NCBI GenBank assembly: GCA_009103225.1
Contig: RHPI01002090.1
Coordinates: 830,414-894,413 of the forward strand
DNA from: Chlorokybus atmophyticus
Taxonomy: Eukaryota; Plantae; Mesostigma and Chlorokybus algae
Direction: 5' to 3'
DNA: 64,000 nucleotides
This document shows, in pieces, positions 39,569-53,969 of the stretch. A program made the translations under genes and the position numbers. The notes beneath the pieces were generated by a model, which worked only from the letters and a program-made list of their open reading frames with translations, searched no databases and was not told the origin of the DNA. Every line of letters begins with the position of its first letter. The stretch's first letter is position 1.

Positions 39569-41366
39569 ATGTTAGGCATGCTTACAACACCAGTTCCAGC
39601 CAATTTTGCACGCAGTGTCGATGCCCGCAAGCTTTATTGTGACAAACCAGCAGCACAGCTGTTCGTTGTCTTACCTAGCTGCTGCCGAGCTAGTAGCGGT
39701 AGGCACGTATGCAGGCAGCAATTGTGTCAAGCGAGCAAGCACTCACACGTGTGCAGGTGTCTGCTCTTCAAACTGCTTGTCGTCATTGTGCGACTTCCCA
39801 GCTGTTAAGTGACAGCTACTTTCTCACTACTTGGCACTGTCAGCAGGCACAGTCAGCGAGCGCAGGTTGCGTCGTCGAGCAGCAGGCGGCGTGCATGCCG
39901 AGCGGAGCAGGGCGCCAGCAGCAGTGGCAGCGGCAGCGGTGGTGGCGCCGACCGCATACCCGACACTCTGCCCTCCGCCTCCGCTGACACGGACTGGAGG
40001 GAATTCCGTGCAAGGCTGGTATGTGACACGTACAGACAATGTGGCAGTGTGGGGTTGGTTGGTTTTTCAAGGTTGCGCGTTTGGCTGTTGCGCTCTGTGT
40101 GACGGAAGGTCACATCACATGCACCCCAAGGAACAGCGTTTGGCAACTGAGCTCACTGTACTGCTGTTGGTCCGCCATCTGTTGCTCTGCAAATGCTGTT
40201 CTGGCGGCTGAAGCGCTGTGTAGGTCGCAGCTACTTCTGCGCCGCATCAAGCCAGTGCAGGACACTGGGCACATCCCTTGCCAGCGCCAGAAACGGGATG
40301 CATCCTCATGGCACACCCGTCGCAGTTTACGCAGTTTCAGACCTATTTTCATCAAGCCGTCATCTACATCTTTGACCACAGGTGCCTATGCGTGTGCACT
40401 GTACAGCATTGCGTCATCAGCAGCATACATGTCGGTTGCAACTGAGCTGAGCACTGTGTGTGGCTGCAGGGCTTCCGGGAGTGCAGGCCTGATCATCAAC
40501 AAGTAAGTTCTGGCGTTTATGACTGCTGCACAGCTTGTGCAGTTGTAACAAACATCAATGCTGCACTGTTGCATCGTGCTTGTTGAAGCTGCATCGTGCT
40601 TGTTGAAGCTGGCGTGTGGGCTGCATGTATTCTGATGCACGTTGCAGGCCGACAGAAAGGACGATAGGATCGTTATCTGGTGCAGAGGCCTTGTGTCCAG
40701 AGTTTTCAGAGAACCGGTTATTCCTTGGCGGTGATGTTGGTAAGTCCAGGCACAAGGGGTCTGGGTTACCCAGCTAAACATTTCAACACCGCTTGACATG
40801 CTGCATGGCAGGCGTCACGACAGTGCATGTCGTGCATCGAGTGAAGGGCATCAAAGGCTCCGTTGAAGTTATGGATGGCATCTATATGGGAGGTAAGTAC
40901 TGCACACACAGTGCCCGTGCAACGACTGCAACAGTGTGACAGTGCTGAGAGAACATAGAGGCTTGTTACTGGTCGCACTGCGACATTCCAAAGCTACGGT
41001 CTCAGCTGTTCTGCACTGTGTGGTTAGGCTTTGAAGCAGCCAAAGAGGCTGTGCGGACAGGGGTTGCGAAAGCCAGTGACTTCAGGTGGTTCAGTCGCTA
41101 TGCTGGTGAGTTGAACCTGCCATGGATGATTAAGATGACACAGTATACATCTTTTTGAATGTATGCAAGCTGATTTATCATGGGCAGGTTGGGGACCAGG
41201 GCAGCTTGAGAGCGAGTGTCAACGCGGCGTGTGGGTGGTGGCTGCTTGCGACAAGGGGTCGGTGTTGGAGGATGACCTGAAGAGGTCGAAAGACCTTTGG
41301 CCGGAGATATTGCAGTTGATGGGTGGCGAATACGCTGCATTTGCAAAGAAGGTAGACGGGTTGTAG
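39569..41366 (+). CDS. DUF179 / UPF0301 (AlgH/YqgE-like) protein; start uncertain
   Basis: DWREFRARLV, GLIINK, LFLGGDVG, GIYMGG, RWFSRY|AGWGPGQLESEC..GVW..AAC, LWPEILQLMGGEYA. Confidence 0.8.
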
Positions 41367-44130
41367 CCGCTTATTGCGATTGAGCGTATTGTATTATACT
41401 ATGCAGGTAGGCAGCATGTGCGCATTGTTTGGGTGGGTGGTATCCGCTGGGTGCAAGGAAGTTGTGTCAATACATGCTTACTTGTAAGCAAGCAGACAGA
41501 GTCTTCTTGTCAGTCTTCTGATATCCGCCTTGAATTATTGACCACACGCTGTGCAATGTATGCGTTTGGGTTGAACTTGGCGCACTTATTGCACACAAGG
41601 TGTTCTTATGCACACTGAGCTGCGCATGCGCTGCATACTAAGCATGACAGCGCGCGAATGGGGGAACCAGTGTGTGAATGTAAGCATACTAAGGTAGAGG
41701 GACCATAAAGACAAATGCATGGGCGCAGTAAAGCATGCAGCACAACTCAGCAATCAACAAAGCAACGAGTATGCTACTTAAACCAAGGGCGCTGGGTCCT
41801 GTGTAGAATGTATGCAATGCTGTGCATAGAAACCACATGATACTGCGCTGCCCTGCTGGTCGTCGCCTGCCAGTCTATTTTGCATTGCACACACAGTTTT
41901 GCTCTACGCATGCACCAAGTTGGTACGACCAGTCCTTGTATATAGCCTATCATAGGCAAGGCCAAAGTAAGGCGTGTGGCTTGTAAAGTAAAATCTAATC
42001 GGAAAACCAATGATGAGGTGACCACTACGCAGGACATTCTACCACAGTGGTTGCTTATTGCCACTCTTTTGAATATGGCGAGCCATTACGCATGTGTTGA
42101 CATGCTTTATTATTAAAGGTTTAACCGTCATGCTATTGACATCGCAAGAATACGACAGGCTGCTAAGCGACCATTGCTTTTTTAGACTTGTGTCCATTCA
42201 TTGTAACATCGCTGTACCGTTGCTATCAATTGCACTGGCTAACTCATCATAACATGACAATGTCATTTTCAACATTTAAATGAAATTTGTAGTTCACTAT
42301 AAGTATTCATACATATTGCATATGCAATGTGTACAAACGGCTATCTTTGATTGAATCTTAATGCCACATAATAGCAAGCAGTACAAATCAATAATCATAG
42401 CATTATCATGAGTTTGATTGAATGACTATTATGATTTGGTTGTCCATGTAACATACTACGTACATATAATGTATATACTATAGGCACAAATGCAATGGTG
42501 TGCTACTATGTGCATGAAATGCGTAACTAGCATGTATTGATTGTTTGTAGTGGTTTTAAGTGTGCATATATGATATCCATTCTTTAAAGTAAAGTGAACA
42601 TAAATTACAAGTGAATCACGATCGACGCGTTTAACGTCACATATTGTGCATTGTTGATATCATATCTATAAAAACATATCATCAACATTAGCCACATTGA
42701 CGATAACACCCATCATGTGTGCGATACTTCCAAACTTCAAGCCATCAAGGCATCATGTTTCTTAACTGAGTGGGGGAGGGGATTGCCGACGGCGACGAGA
42801 GGGTGGGGGGGTGGGGTGGGCTGGCAGGGGAATTATGTTGCGGTATTCATGATGTACATATATATATATATACATAATGACCCAGATATTCATATTAGGA
42901 GAATGACGGCGCCATTCTCCTTATGATACTCCATAACTTACGTGTATGCATTAATGTTGATAGCTTATATCTTGGTGATGATCACATGAGCACTCACACT
43001 TTTGTCAAGCCATTGCGTTTGTCTATCGCAAAACACTTCGCATTGAAATGATATCGATGCAATAGTGAAAGCCTTCGTGTGGAGGTTCCTCCTCACGAAA
43101 ATGCCAATGTATTACAAATCATGACTCTAACTAAACCTTTTAATTTGTACCTTACACTTTACCCTCGTTATAGTGACCACAGATGTGTTGATGCATCGCA
43201 TCACTATAAAAGATGTCGTTCCTTCAATGTAATGACAATAAGTCACTGTAATGCAGTCATGCTATATAGCAACATGTTGTCATTGTAATGAGGGGTTTAT
43301 TACACAAACTTCTTTATGGTATATGAAGTGCATGTAATCCATTGGTCAAGAATTGAACATTTTGGTACAATACCGATCGATCATTACATCGAATTGTTTC
43401 ATACCATCACTCGTAGTGACAACTGGCTGCTATAGCAAGGTATCACAACCCTAATCAATGGACATATATATATACAAATATATATATATACAAACCAACC
43501 TCGCTTTCATGACCTTGCTTTTAGCACCAACTGTCCTTTTAAAGAGTGTGATAGTCATCGAAAGGGCAAAAATTGCCCTGCGTAAATCGGTCATTCAAAG
43601 CATTTGTCATAACTGCGAGGCTGTCGTTCAACAGAGTGTGTCATTACAGCGAGGGTAGACTGTAGGTAGGGTGTGTGGAGCTAACTTCGGACGATTGCCC
43701 AACTTCGGACGATGGCTACAGTGACCTGCTTGGTCGGTGGTTTTGGGCGATTTTGGCGGTCAAATTGTGTGTTTGTTGTCTCATTGGCTAGCTAACAACC
43801 AATCAGATGCGTGCCTTGAATTTCAACATGAACGGCCAAGTTTTGGCGCCATGGCAGTGTTGTAACTGACGTGCTGGGGGTTTGCCAGCAGTGGTAGTCT
43901 GACTTTTAACCGCTAACGATAGGCCTGTGGTTAACCATTCCGGGTGCTTGTAGAGTCTGTGGATAGCCCTTGGAGTCTAGTTAAAGCCTATAAAAAGATT
44001 TGTTTAACAGTGTATGCATTTGAAAGTTTTGGCGGGCAATGCAAAGGTATGGTTGCGGGGTGCATACTTAAGCCAGTGTCCGAATAATTCTGCAGTTGTG
44101 CAAGTGTGGGCGTGAGGGAGGGATTGGGTG

Positions 44131-44850
44131 NNNNNNNNNNNNNNNNNNNNNNNNNNNNNNNNNNNNNNNNNNNNNNNNNNNNNNNNNNNNNNNNNNNNNN
44201 NNNNNNNNNNNNNNNNNNNNNNNNNNNNNNNNNNNNNNNNNNNNNNNNNNNNNNNNNNNNNNNNNNNNNNNNNNNNNNNNNNNNNNNNNNNNNNNNNNNN
44301 NNNNNNNNNNNNNNNNNNNNNNNNNNNNNNNNNNNNNNNNNNNNNNNNNNNNNNNNNNNNNNNNNNNNNNNNNNNNNNNNNNNNNNNNNNNNNNNNNNNN
44401 NNNNNNNNNNNNNNNNNNNNNNNNNNNNNNNNNNNNNNNNNNNNNNNNNNNNNNNNNNNNNNNNNNNNNNNNNNNNNNNNNNNNNNNNNNNNNNNNNNNN
44501 NNNNNNNNNNNNNNNNNNNNNNNNNNNNNNNNNNNNNNNNNNNNNNNNNNNNNNNNNNNNNNNNNNNNNNNNNNNNNNNNNNNNNNNNNNNNNNNNNNNN
44601 NNNNNNNNNNNNNNNNNNNNNNNNNNNNNNNNNNNNNNNNNNNNNNNNNNNNNNNNNNNNNNNNNNNNNNNNNNNNNNNNNNNNNNNNNNNNNNNNNNNN
44701 NNNNNNNNNNNNNNNNNNNNNNNNNNNNNNNNNNNNNNNNNNNNNNNNNNNNNNNNNNNNNNNNNNNNNNNNNNNNNNNNNNNNNNNNNNNNNNNNNNNN
44801 NNNNNNNNNNNNNNNNNNNNNNNNNNNNNNNNNNNNNNNNNNNNNNNNNN
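44131..44850. other. Assembly gap (720 N)
   Basis: Run of N flanked by G-rich sequence. Confidence 1.
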
Positions 44851-44881
44851 GGGGGGGGCATAGTTTTGGGTGGAGAGAGCG

Positions 44882-47831
44882 ATGGTGGGCACACGGGCAA
44901 CCACCACCCAAGACACGCACGACAATGAGGTATACTGTCTATGCAGGTTGTGGAGATGCATTAAAGTAGAGGGATGTCTGCCTGCGCTGTCTATGCATTC
45001 TATGCTATACACACTATGCTGTCTATGCTATCTGCTAGGGTGGCTGCCTGGTGGGGACTTAGAGCTGGTGGTTAGGCAGCTTAGGCGCTGTTTGATTGTG
45101 CACCTTGTCATCCTTGCCCCCCTTAGCATATGTGGATTTGTTTGCAGGAGAGCACTCCAATCGGGAGCAAGCGAGCAGCATCAACCCCATTAGCCCCGTG
45201 CCCTTCCAAGCGTGTGAAGAGTCGCAGCAAGCAAGCCCTGCGTAGTTGCATTGGCAGCGCCCGTCGCAAGGGCATGCAGTACATGAACTACCATGGTGAG
45301 GGGATGATGTTGCAGTTGGGTGTGGCGGTGGAGGAAGTGAAGGCTGGCATGAGCCTGAGGATCGCATCTGGCAAATATGGAGTGCCACGTTCCACGCTAT
45401 ACGACTACGTGACCTACCCTTATAAGTTACAACTGCCGCGAGGCCCTGGACGCTCCCCTGTTTTGACCCCACAGGAAGAGGAGGAGCTAGTCACTTGGGT
45501 CAACTGGATGGCGGACAAAAAGTATGCCGTCACTCGGCCTTCACTGTTCCAGAAGGTAACGGTTAGGACTTGGATTAACTATCGTTGTCTCGGGATGCAT
45601 GTGTGTGCTATTCGCATGCATGTGCATGTGCGTGCTGGTGATGCATGTGCTGTTGTGATGCAGTGAGCCCTATTAAGTGCAATGTGTGTTCAAGCCACTC
45701 ATGACCTGTTGCACTTGCTGTAGGTTGTGCACATGCTGCGGAGTGATCCCACTGGGCGCCTGCAGCGTTTTGGACCGCGTGGCATACCTGGTTATAAGTG
45801 GCTTCGCATGTTCATGGCACGCCACAATCTGGCCTCCCGTGTTGCTGAAGGACTAGATCGCAGGAGGTGGCAGGCCTGTACGCGAGATAATGTCAACGCG
45901 TTCTTTGAGTTGTATACAAGAACGTTAGAAGAGCTTGGCATTAATGATCCCACTAGGATCTTCAACGCGGACGAGACAGGCTTTGAACCTGATAACCTGG
46001 GTAAGTCCTGCAAGGACCAAGTGTTAGCTATGATTGCGTGCATGTAGCATGTGAACAATTGGCTTGTGCAGGCACTGTCAAGGTCATTTGCAGCCGGGGT
46101 TACAAGAACCCCTATTACAACCAATGCGGAAGTCGAGAGCATATGTCCGTCATGGCTTGTGTCAATGCTGCGGGCATGTGGATGCCACCTATGTACATCT
46201 TGAAGGGTACCCGCTATACAAAGAACTACATGAAGGTCGCTCCTTATGGAAGCTTCATGCGCATGCAGGAGAACGCCTACATGACCATCGACATATTTGC
46301 CGATTGGTTTAAGAAGTTTGTGGAGTTTGTACCTGGAGGGGTGTCGGTAGACAAACCCGTGCTGCTTTTGTTGGATGGGCACTCCTCCCGTATGAACCCG
46401 GAGCTGCTGGAGCAGGCCAGGACGGCCGGTGTGCACATGTTGACCTTTCCTCCTCACATGACACACCTCATGCAGGTCAGTCAATTGACTGCACGTGCAT
46501 GCTGTTCAGTTGTTGTGCACATGCATATGATTTGCGGTAGTAAACAATGCAAATCTGGCCTACCTGTGGCAGGTGTTGGATGTGAGTTGCTTTCGGCCTT
46601 TGAAAGAGCACTACCGGAAGGAGTTTCTGGCGTGGAGAGTGGAGGAGCCAAACGCACCCATCAGCAAGCTGCAATTTGTGAAGCTGACTTGCGTGCCATT
46701 CCTATTGGCTATGACCCCACGCAACATCACCTCCGGCTTCAGGAGAACAGGTGTGATTGCACATATGTTCAAATGCAAATGCATGTGGACGTATGCCCTC
46801 TCAACCATCCCGCATAGAACATCAATGCCAACATGCACGCAGGAGTGTGGCCTGTGGACGTACACGCACTCGATGATCGTGTTCCGGACATGCCCAAGCC
46901 TACTGCTGATGAAGTCACGCCAGACCTGGCTCACGCCCAGGTGCAGCATGAGTTTGGCGGACCTGCCCTGTATGGTAAGGGTGTGCCTCACCATTCTGAT
47001 CACGAGGACTCAGATGCCACCGAAGATGAAGACAGTTCCTGCGAGAAGGAAAACCGCTCTCCACCTCCATCTGCAGCGCCTCAAGTCAACCACAACAGCC
47101 ACAACACCAATCAGAACAACAATAACAACAACAACAACCAGAACAACAACAACAGCATGAACAACAACATCAATAACGGGGCAGGGCCTTCATCTGGCAA
47201 CATCAACATCCAAGTTAGGCAACCCACCGAGGGTGTGGAGGGGTGGAGGCAGAAGAAAGCTCCGCAGCTGCCAGGCTCTGTGCTTCTGACATCTCAGGGG
47301 TACATCAACATGTTGGCAGAAAAGGTGGCTGCAGCGGAGCAGAAGAAGGCGGGGATTGCAGCGAGGAAGCAAGAGGCTGCCAACAAGCGAGTTGAAGCTA
47401 CCAAGAAGAAAGAGATAGCAGCGCTGGAGCGGCAGGCAGCCAAATCTAAGAGGGAACTGTTGGCAGCACAAAAGCAGCAAGCCAAGGCAGCGAAGGATGC
47501 TGCCAAGCAGCAAAAGTTGGCAGCACAGCAGCAGGCAGTGGCACGAGCAGGCCCAACTCATATCCAGACTGCTTCAGGTTCCAGAGCATGCATTGTTGAT
47601 CTGGAGACACAGGCAGAGCCATCTCACCTGAGCTACAGCCCTCTAATCTGTCTGTCACCAATGGCCAGCCCTGTTGGCAGCCCACAAGCACACCGCATCT
47701 TGTCAATATCTCCAACACCTTTTGAACTGCAAGAGGCCACCCGCGCAGTGGATGCCTCAGTTGCTGCAGCAGCAGGCCCAGCACGGACCCTGCTCAACCT
47801 TAAGGCAGCCATGCGGTCACGCATGATGTAG
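44882..47831 (+). CDS. Intron-containing transposase: HTH_psq + CENP-B HTH + DDE_1 (DD35D) + Asn-rich and K/A/Q coiled-coil tail
   Basis: MSLRIASGKYGVPRSTLYD; VLTPQEEEELVTW; RIFNADETGF; LLLLDGHSSR..(35 aa)..Q|VLDVSCFRPLK; SGFRRT|GVWP. Exons join in phase. The start may extend into the upstream gap. Confidence 0.9.
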
Positions 47832-47954
47832 GCCTAGTTAGCCTAGTTAGTACACTACTGACTTGAGCACTCTTCAGACCTTGTACACACACACCACTTG
47901 TTCCCTTTAACTGCTCCTGCCTTGGCCTCATGAACACGTTGTGCATGCCACATA

Positions 47955-48754
47955 NNNNNNNNNNNNNNNNNNNNNNNNNNNNNNNNNNNNNNNNNNNNNN
48001 NNNNNNNNNNNNNNNNNNNNNNNNNNNNNNNNNNNNNNNNNNNNNNNNNNNNNNNNNNNNNNNNNNNNNNNNNNNNNNNNNNNNNNNNNNNNNNNNNNNN
48101 NNNNNNNNNNNNNNNNNNNNNNNNNNNNNNNNNNNNNNNNNNNNNNNNNNNNNNNNNNNNNNNNNNNNNNNNNNNNNNNNNNNNNNNNNNNNNNNNNNNN
48201 NNNNNNNNNNNNNNNNNNNNNNNNNNNNNNNNNNNNNNNNNNNNNNNNNNNNNNNNNNNNNNNNNNNNNNNNNNNNNNNNNNNNNNNNNNNNNNNNNNNN
48301 NNNNNNNNNNNNNNNNNNNNNNNNNNNNNNNNNNNNNNNNNNNNNNNNNNNNNNNNNNNNNNNNNNNNNNNNNNNNNNNNNNNNNNNNNNNNNNNNNNNN
48401 NNNNNNNNNNNNNNNNNNNNNNNNNNNNNNNNNNNNNNNNNNNNNNNNNNNNNNNNNNNNNNNNNNNNNNNNNNNNNNNNNNNNNNNNNNNNNNNNNNNN
48501 NNNNNNNNNNNNNNNNNNNNNNNNNNNNNNNNNNNNNNNNNNNNNNNNNNNNNNNNNNNNNNNNNNNNNNNNNNNNNNNNNNNNNNNNNNNNNNNNNNNN
48601 NNNNNNNNNNNNNNNNNNNNNNNNNNNNNNNNNNNNNNNNNNNNNNNNNNNNNNNNNNNNNNNNNNNNNNNNNNNNNNNNNNNNNNNNNNNNNNNNNNNN
48701 NNNNNNNNNNNNNNNNNNNNNNNNNNNNNNNNNNNNNNNNNNNNNNNNNNNNNN
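47955..48754. other. Assembly gap (800 N)
   Basis: Run of N. Confidence 1.
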
Positions 48755-49842
48755 CCAAATACAGCGACTCGGTCAACTCCTGGTCCATGGTGGCGAGCGG
48801 ACGTATGGGCATGCAATCTCTGCGCTTCCGAGCCTGCGACGGACAACCCTGCAGCTGCTCACCACTGCTGCCATCAGACGCCATCTGTGAGCAATTGCAA
48901 GCAACCATTATACCAGCATGCATGACTAACTCATTATCTTTTGGGGTGACCATGCACAGCCACGCCTATACATGCACATGCACATGTTAGGAACAGAGAG
49001 GCAAAGGCGTCGAGTCAGCAACCCCATGCACACACAAACATCTACTCTACAACCCCTGCGTTCACACACACAACCACACATGCAACCACCCACACGCTCA
49101 ACCACACATGTGTGCACAGATCAAGGGACAGGGAGGGGTGGACAGTAGTGGCGAGGAGCCACAACGGTGAGCCACGCACCTGCGCCAAGTGGGCCACCGT
49201 CGCCGTCGCTGGACCCTTTTGCGCCACCTGTGTAGGGCGCACACACACTCCGGACAGCGGACTACAACCACCCCACCAGCAACCTCGCCGCCCACAACCC
49301 CCAAACCACTAGGGTTTGGGGGTTTTCCGGCCGTGACATGCAGCCAAGTGTCAGCACAGCACGTCAGCACAGCCCTAGACCTGTCTGACGCCACCTTACC
49401 GCCACAAATGGCTGCCAAGCAGTCATTTGAGGCCGTCCGAAGTTAGGCAAACCTAAACTTTTCGAACTTTTTACCCACCCCGCACTTTGGCAGGAAGGTG
49501 AGGACGCTATAGTTATCCGTTTGAGGTGCCGTCAAGCACATCATGTCCGTCAACTCCTCAGCTATCCAACGTGCTATTACCCTCCCTAAACTGACCACCA
49601 AGCCGTAAGCTACGACCTATCCTTAAAAAGTCGTCCGAAGTATGGTCCACACACCCTAGTGTGCAGCACACTGTGTGCTCTGAACTGATGTCTCTCACGG
49701 TCACGTGACGAGCAGCGACGTGGCGACGAAGAAAAGAGTGAGAGAGCGCTCCGCCAGCAGTTTCCAGGCCGGCCAAATGCGGCGGTGACGGCGGCGGGCA
49801 GATAGCGCGGTAGGGTGGTATTGGATCCTTTGCCAACAAGCG

Positions 49843-49844
<2 letters not shown>

Positions 49845-49892
<48 letters not shown>
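49845..49892. repeat. (GA)n microsatellite upstream of the TTLL start
   Basis: Seen directly. Confidence 0.95.
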
Positions 49893-49896
<4 letters not shown>

Positions 49897-49964
49897 CGGG
49901 TAGTAGGCTTTGCAACTATCACCGCATACAACACACTTGCGTGTGTCATCAGATCTCCAGCACC

Positions 49965-52900
49965 ATGACAGTGGCATCAATGACTCGTTCAACATCAGCA
50001 ACATCGTCATCCACGACCACCTCATCCACAGCAGCAACGACTGCGTTCATTGCGGGGCTCGAGAGTCTGCACCTCTACGACACGCCGCACAGCTCAGGGA
50101 CCCCTTGCACCTCATCATCATCGTCGTTCAAACCATGTACCAACATTGGCTCGATCGCATCATCAGCAATAGCCGCAACAACGACGACGACGACGCGGGC
50201 TAAGGCGACAGCGGTGGTAATGCTGGCGTCGTCCGTGCTCCCGGGCCTGCAGGCCACAGTTGCCTTCCGCTCCGACACTGCAACTTCCCCTGACGTATGT
50301 GTCTGTTGGGTACATTTGGTCGTGCCTGCGTGCGGCTGTGTACATGCGCACGTCTACACATACGCAGTTGCGCGGGCATCCATATTGGGGTGCGCGCATG
50401 CATGCAAGCATGGCTGCAGGCGCGCTTGTACATGGGTGCGCCATGTACACAATCGTTTGTAAATTGTTTGCAACCACGTTGGCACCATATGCACATGTGC
50501 CTGAGTTCGCGACCATGGTTGGTGAAATGTGTGAATGTGGTGACGCAAGCAACCGAAAAGGCAAGTTGTGCGCAGGCAAGCTTGGTCGTATGCAAGAAGC
50601 CCAAGCTATACGTGAAGGTACAAATACTGCGCGTGCTCACCCTTTTAGCTCAAGCATCCCCTTCCCATTTACTCAACTCGCATCCACAATATACTCATCA
50701 ACACCACCTCTCGCAGTACGGCGACCTGGCGGCCAACTCCGTGAAGGCGACCTTCGCGCGCGCGGGGTTCCGCGTCATAAAAGACAATGACGATGATGAT
50801 GACGTTGACGACGACAACGCCGGCACGGGCGCGAACAAGAAGTGGAACGTGTGGTGGGGAGGAGCACTCAAGAGCGAACACTTTCGGGGACTCGGAAGGC
50901 TGCAAAAGGTGCACACGTGCACAGTCGTGCAATGCTTGTTTTATTTTGTTCTCTCCGTTCTGCTTCACTTCATCCATCACCAACTCATTAGCAACCAACT
51001 CATCGACTTTGCATCTCCTCGGACAGATCAACCATTTTCCGGGGACATGGGAGTTGGGGCGAAAGGTGAGTTCACTGCACATTGTTGGGGTCAGCGTGTC
51101 ACCGTTACTGATTGTTTTGGTGTGTTCTGGAGGGGATCAGCTTATCAGCAGCCAACACCACCGCAATGCCCGCAGGACAAGTTGTACCGCAGCGTGGGGC
51201 GCATGCGGAGGCGGCACGGGGACGACGCGTACGACATCCTGCCCAGGTTCTGGCTGCTGCCGGAAGAGGCAGGTGAGCGCCGCAGCTGGAGGAGGCTTTG
51301 TGGTGTGCCAGCGGGAGACGCGTGCGTGCGTGCGTGCGTGCGCGCGGTGGTCTTGGTGGTGTACGCTTGTGTACACTGGAGTGGAAGCGTTTGCGCAAAA
51401 CTGCCTGTGCGCGTGTGTGTGCGCGCGTGTATGTGTGGTGATGGTTGTGTGCATGCTTGCGACAATGAGTCTGCCTGCGTGTGCGCGCACGCAATCAGAC
51501 AACAAGTGGTCACCTCCACAGGTGAGTGGGCGGCAGACTTGGAACGCAATCCCGACAGCATATACATCATCAAGGTGGTGCAAGTTTATTATTTGTGGTG
51601 ACAATGAGGATGTTAGTTCGACTATGCGTATGCATGAATCGCATTTGCACAAACTCACTTCATCTTTGCGCACAGCCGCGGTCGTCATCGCGTGGGCGTG
51701 GCATCAAGCTTGTGCGCAGGCCATCGGTAAGTGAGTGTATGACCTACACACCGCATAGCTATTTCCTGACAACAGATGTGCAAACAGTGCAACCACAATT
51801 GTAAAAAGAAGTGTCTGAAGCGTGATAGCAAACAAAACATCACTATGAATGACAGGAGGTTCCGAAAGACAAGGAGTGCCTTGCACAGCGCTACATTCGG
51901 CAGCCTGCCCTCATCAACGGTTACAAGTACTGTGTCTCAACCACCACGACAACAACATATGATTATCATATCATTATTGTTTATTGTTGCTAAGCACCCT
52001 TGATCACACAGTTTACAGTTACAGTTCATTTCCCCTGAAGGTACGACCTGCGCGTGTACATACTGGTGACGTGCTTTGACCCCCTCATCGTGTACATATA
52101 TGAGAACGGACTCGTGCGCTTTGCCACTGAACAGGTGCGCACATATGCAAACGACATGAATGTGTTTGAAAGCTGAAAAGACCTATGATGACATGTGTCT
52201 TGCTGCATCTGCCACCAGTTTATCCCAGGTGGGCCCATCAAGCGCCGCCGCATGCACATCACAAACTACAGGTCTGTGCGTGAGAGTGGTACACGGCACG
52301 CATAATACAACAAAGACTTGAGATGTCTTCAAACCACACAACAGAAACTCAATACTGTAGCCAGCTGGTAGCTAGTGTGCTACCACAAAACTGGGCTTGC
52401 ATGGCGTTTGCTACTTATCACCAAAGTCGACGTGTGTTTGCACAGCGTCAACTCGAAGAGCGCCAAGTTCGTTGAGATAGACAACAGCGAAGCCGATGGC
52501 ACCGGGTCAAAGGTACACTCTTCGCACTTGAGGAAACAAAGAACATGGTACTACTGGATAGGAGAAGTCAGCTGACCTGATACAAATGTGACGGACATGT
52601 CCTTTGCAGTGGACGTTGAAGGCCCTGCAAAAACATTTTGCTGAGACTGGGCAGTCCTTCTCAGCAGTGTGGCAACAGGTGAGGAGAGGGACATGCCCTT
52701 TGTGTAAGTATGATTACGGAGAATCTGTGTGCATCGCTTGAGATAAGCACACCCCAAACCAATCAGCGGTTTGGTATTGGCAGATAGGCGACATTGTTGT
52801 GAAGACCATGCTGGCTGTTGAAGAGCAGGTGCACACTAGGATGAACCCCGTTGAGTTGTAGCGACAAATCATACATTGCACACGCGGTGGCCGCGAGTGG

Positions 52901-53969
52901 CTCATCATTTGACTTATACATGACACTGATGAACAGGTGAATACGCTCTGCCAGTTGCACGTGACCCATCCCTTCAATTGTTTCGAGCTGTACGGCTTCG
53001 ACATCGTGCTGGACCAGAGTATGCGTGCATGGCTGCTTGAGGTGCGCAACTCGATTGTCCATATCACAATAGAGGCCATGCGTGCATCCGTCACCACAAA
53101 ACGATTGTAGTAGGTAAGCAGTAAACAAACGTACAAGTGCTTTCTCAACTGCTTCGTTCCTGACAACAGGTGAACACTGGCCCGGCTCTGAACTGCCCCT
53201 CCCAGCTGGACAGGACGCTGAAACACGATATGCTGGCCAATGTCATGAACCTGGTCAGCACTAGACCATAACAAGCAACTGGGTTGATTAAAAAAGGAAG
53301 AGTCTGAAATCTCCCTGCGTGATGGACTCGTTGAACAGGTGGGTGTTGTGCCCTACGATCGCGTGCGCATGCGGGCGGAAGAGAAGGGCGCCAAGCGGGC
53401 GCGTCTACTGGGTCTGGGCGAGAAGCAGCAGAAGCTGCTGCGCAGGGACGTCAAAGACATCGAGGGGATGGACCTGCGCTCGATAACACCGGAGAACCTC
53501 CCGCCGATACTGAAGGTCAGTGAGACAAAATTGCATAGGATGCGCTGCATAGCGTAGAGTCACTGTCTTTGTCTATAATGAGTATCCTGCCTGTTCAGGA
53601 AGCTGAGGGTCAGTACTTGAGACGCGGACAGTTCCAAAGGGTGTTCCCGATGGCCAACACGCATTCAAGGTATGATGTGGCCTGCTGCCACCACATGCTT
53701 GTACGGGTGCAAGCAGGTGGTGGCAGCAGGCCACATCATGCACTCTTTACAAATGAGGCGTTTGATCCTGAGCTGTCATATAGCATCGACTCATCAACAC
53801 TGACCATGCCGCACGTTGGCTGATCAGGTACTCCAGGTATTTTGCAACACAGCGATACAACAACACGCTGTACGGGCTTTGGCTCCAGCAACGGCGACCG
53901 CAATCGGCATTGTCACCAAAACGAGCAAAGTCCCCAGAAAAGAACAGGCGTTGGTCAGAACCAGGATAA
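49965..53969 (+). CDS. Tubulin-tyrosine-ligase-like protein, TTLL4/TTLL5-type polyglutamylase, multi-exon
   Basis: WNVWWG; [13 protein letters not shown]|DKL; YIIK|[10 protein letters not shown]; [27 protein letters not shown]; HITNY|SVN; [18 protein letters not shown]|VNTGP. Confidence 0.9.

Larger units (their letters stand above)
43669..49656 (+). mobile_element. pogo/Fot1-type Tc1/mariner-superfamily DNA transposon with 26-bp TIRs and TA target duplication
   Basis: TA(43667-68)|GGGTGTGTGGAGCTAACTTCGGACGA ... TCGTCCGAAGTATGGTCCACACACCC|TA(49657-58), with 3 mismatches between TIRs. Subterminal AACTTCGGACG repeats at about 43683, 43701 and (inverted) 49434. Confidence 0.9.

Noticed and set aside
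43988-48990. Long X-filled ORFs in the ORF track
   Set aside because: Artefacts of translating N gaps.
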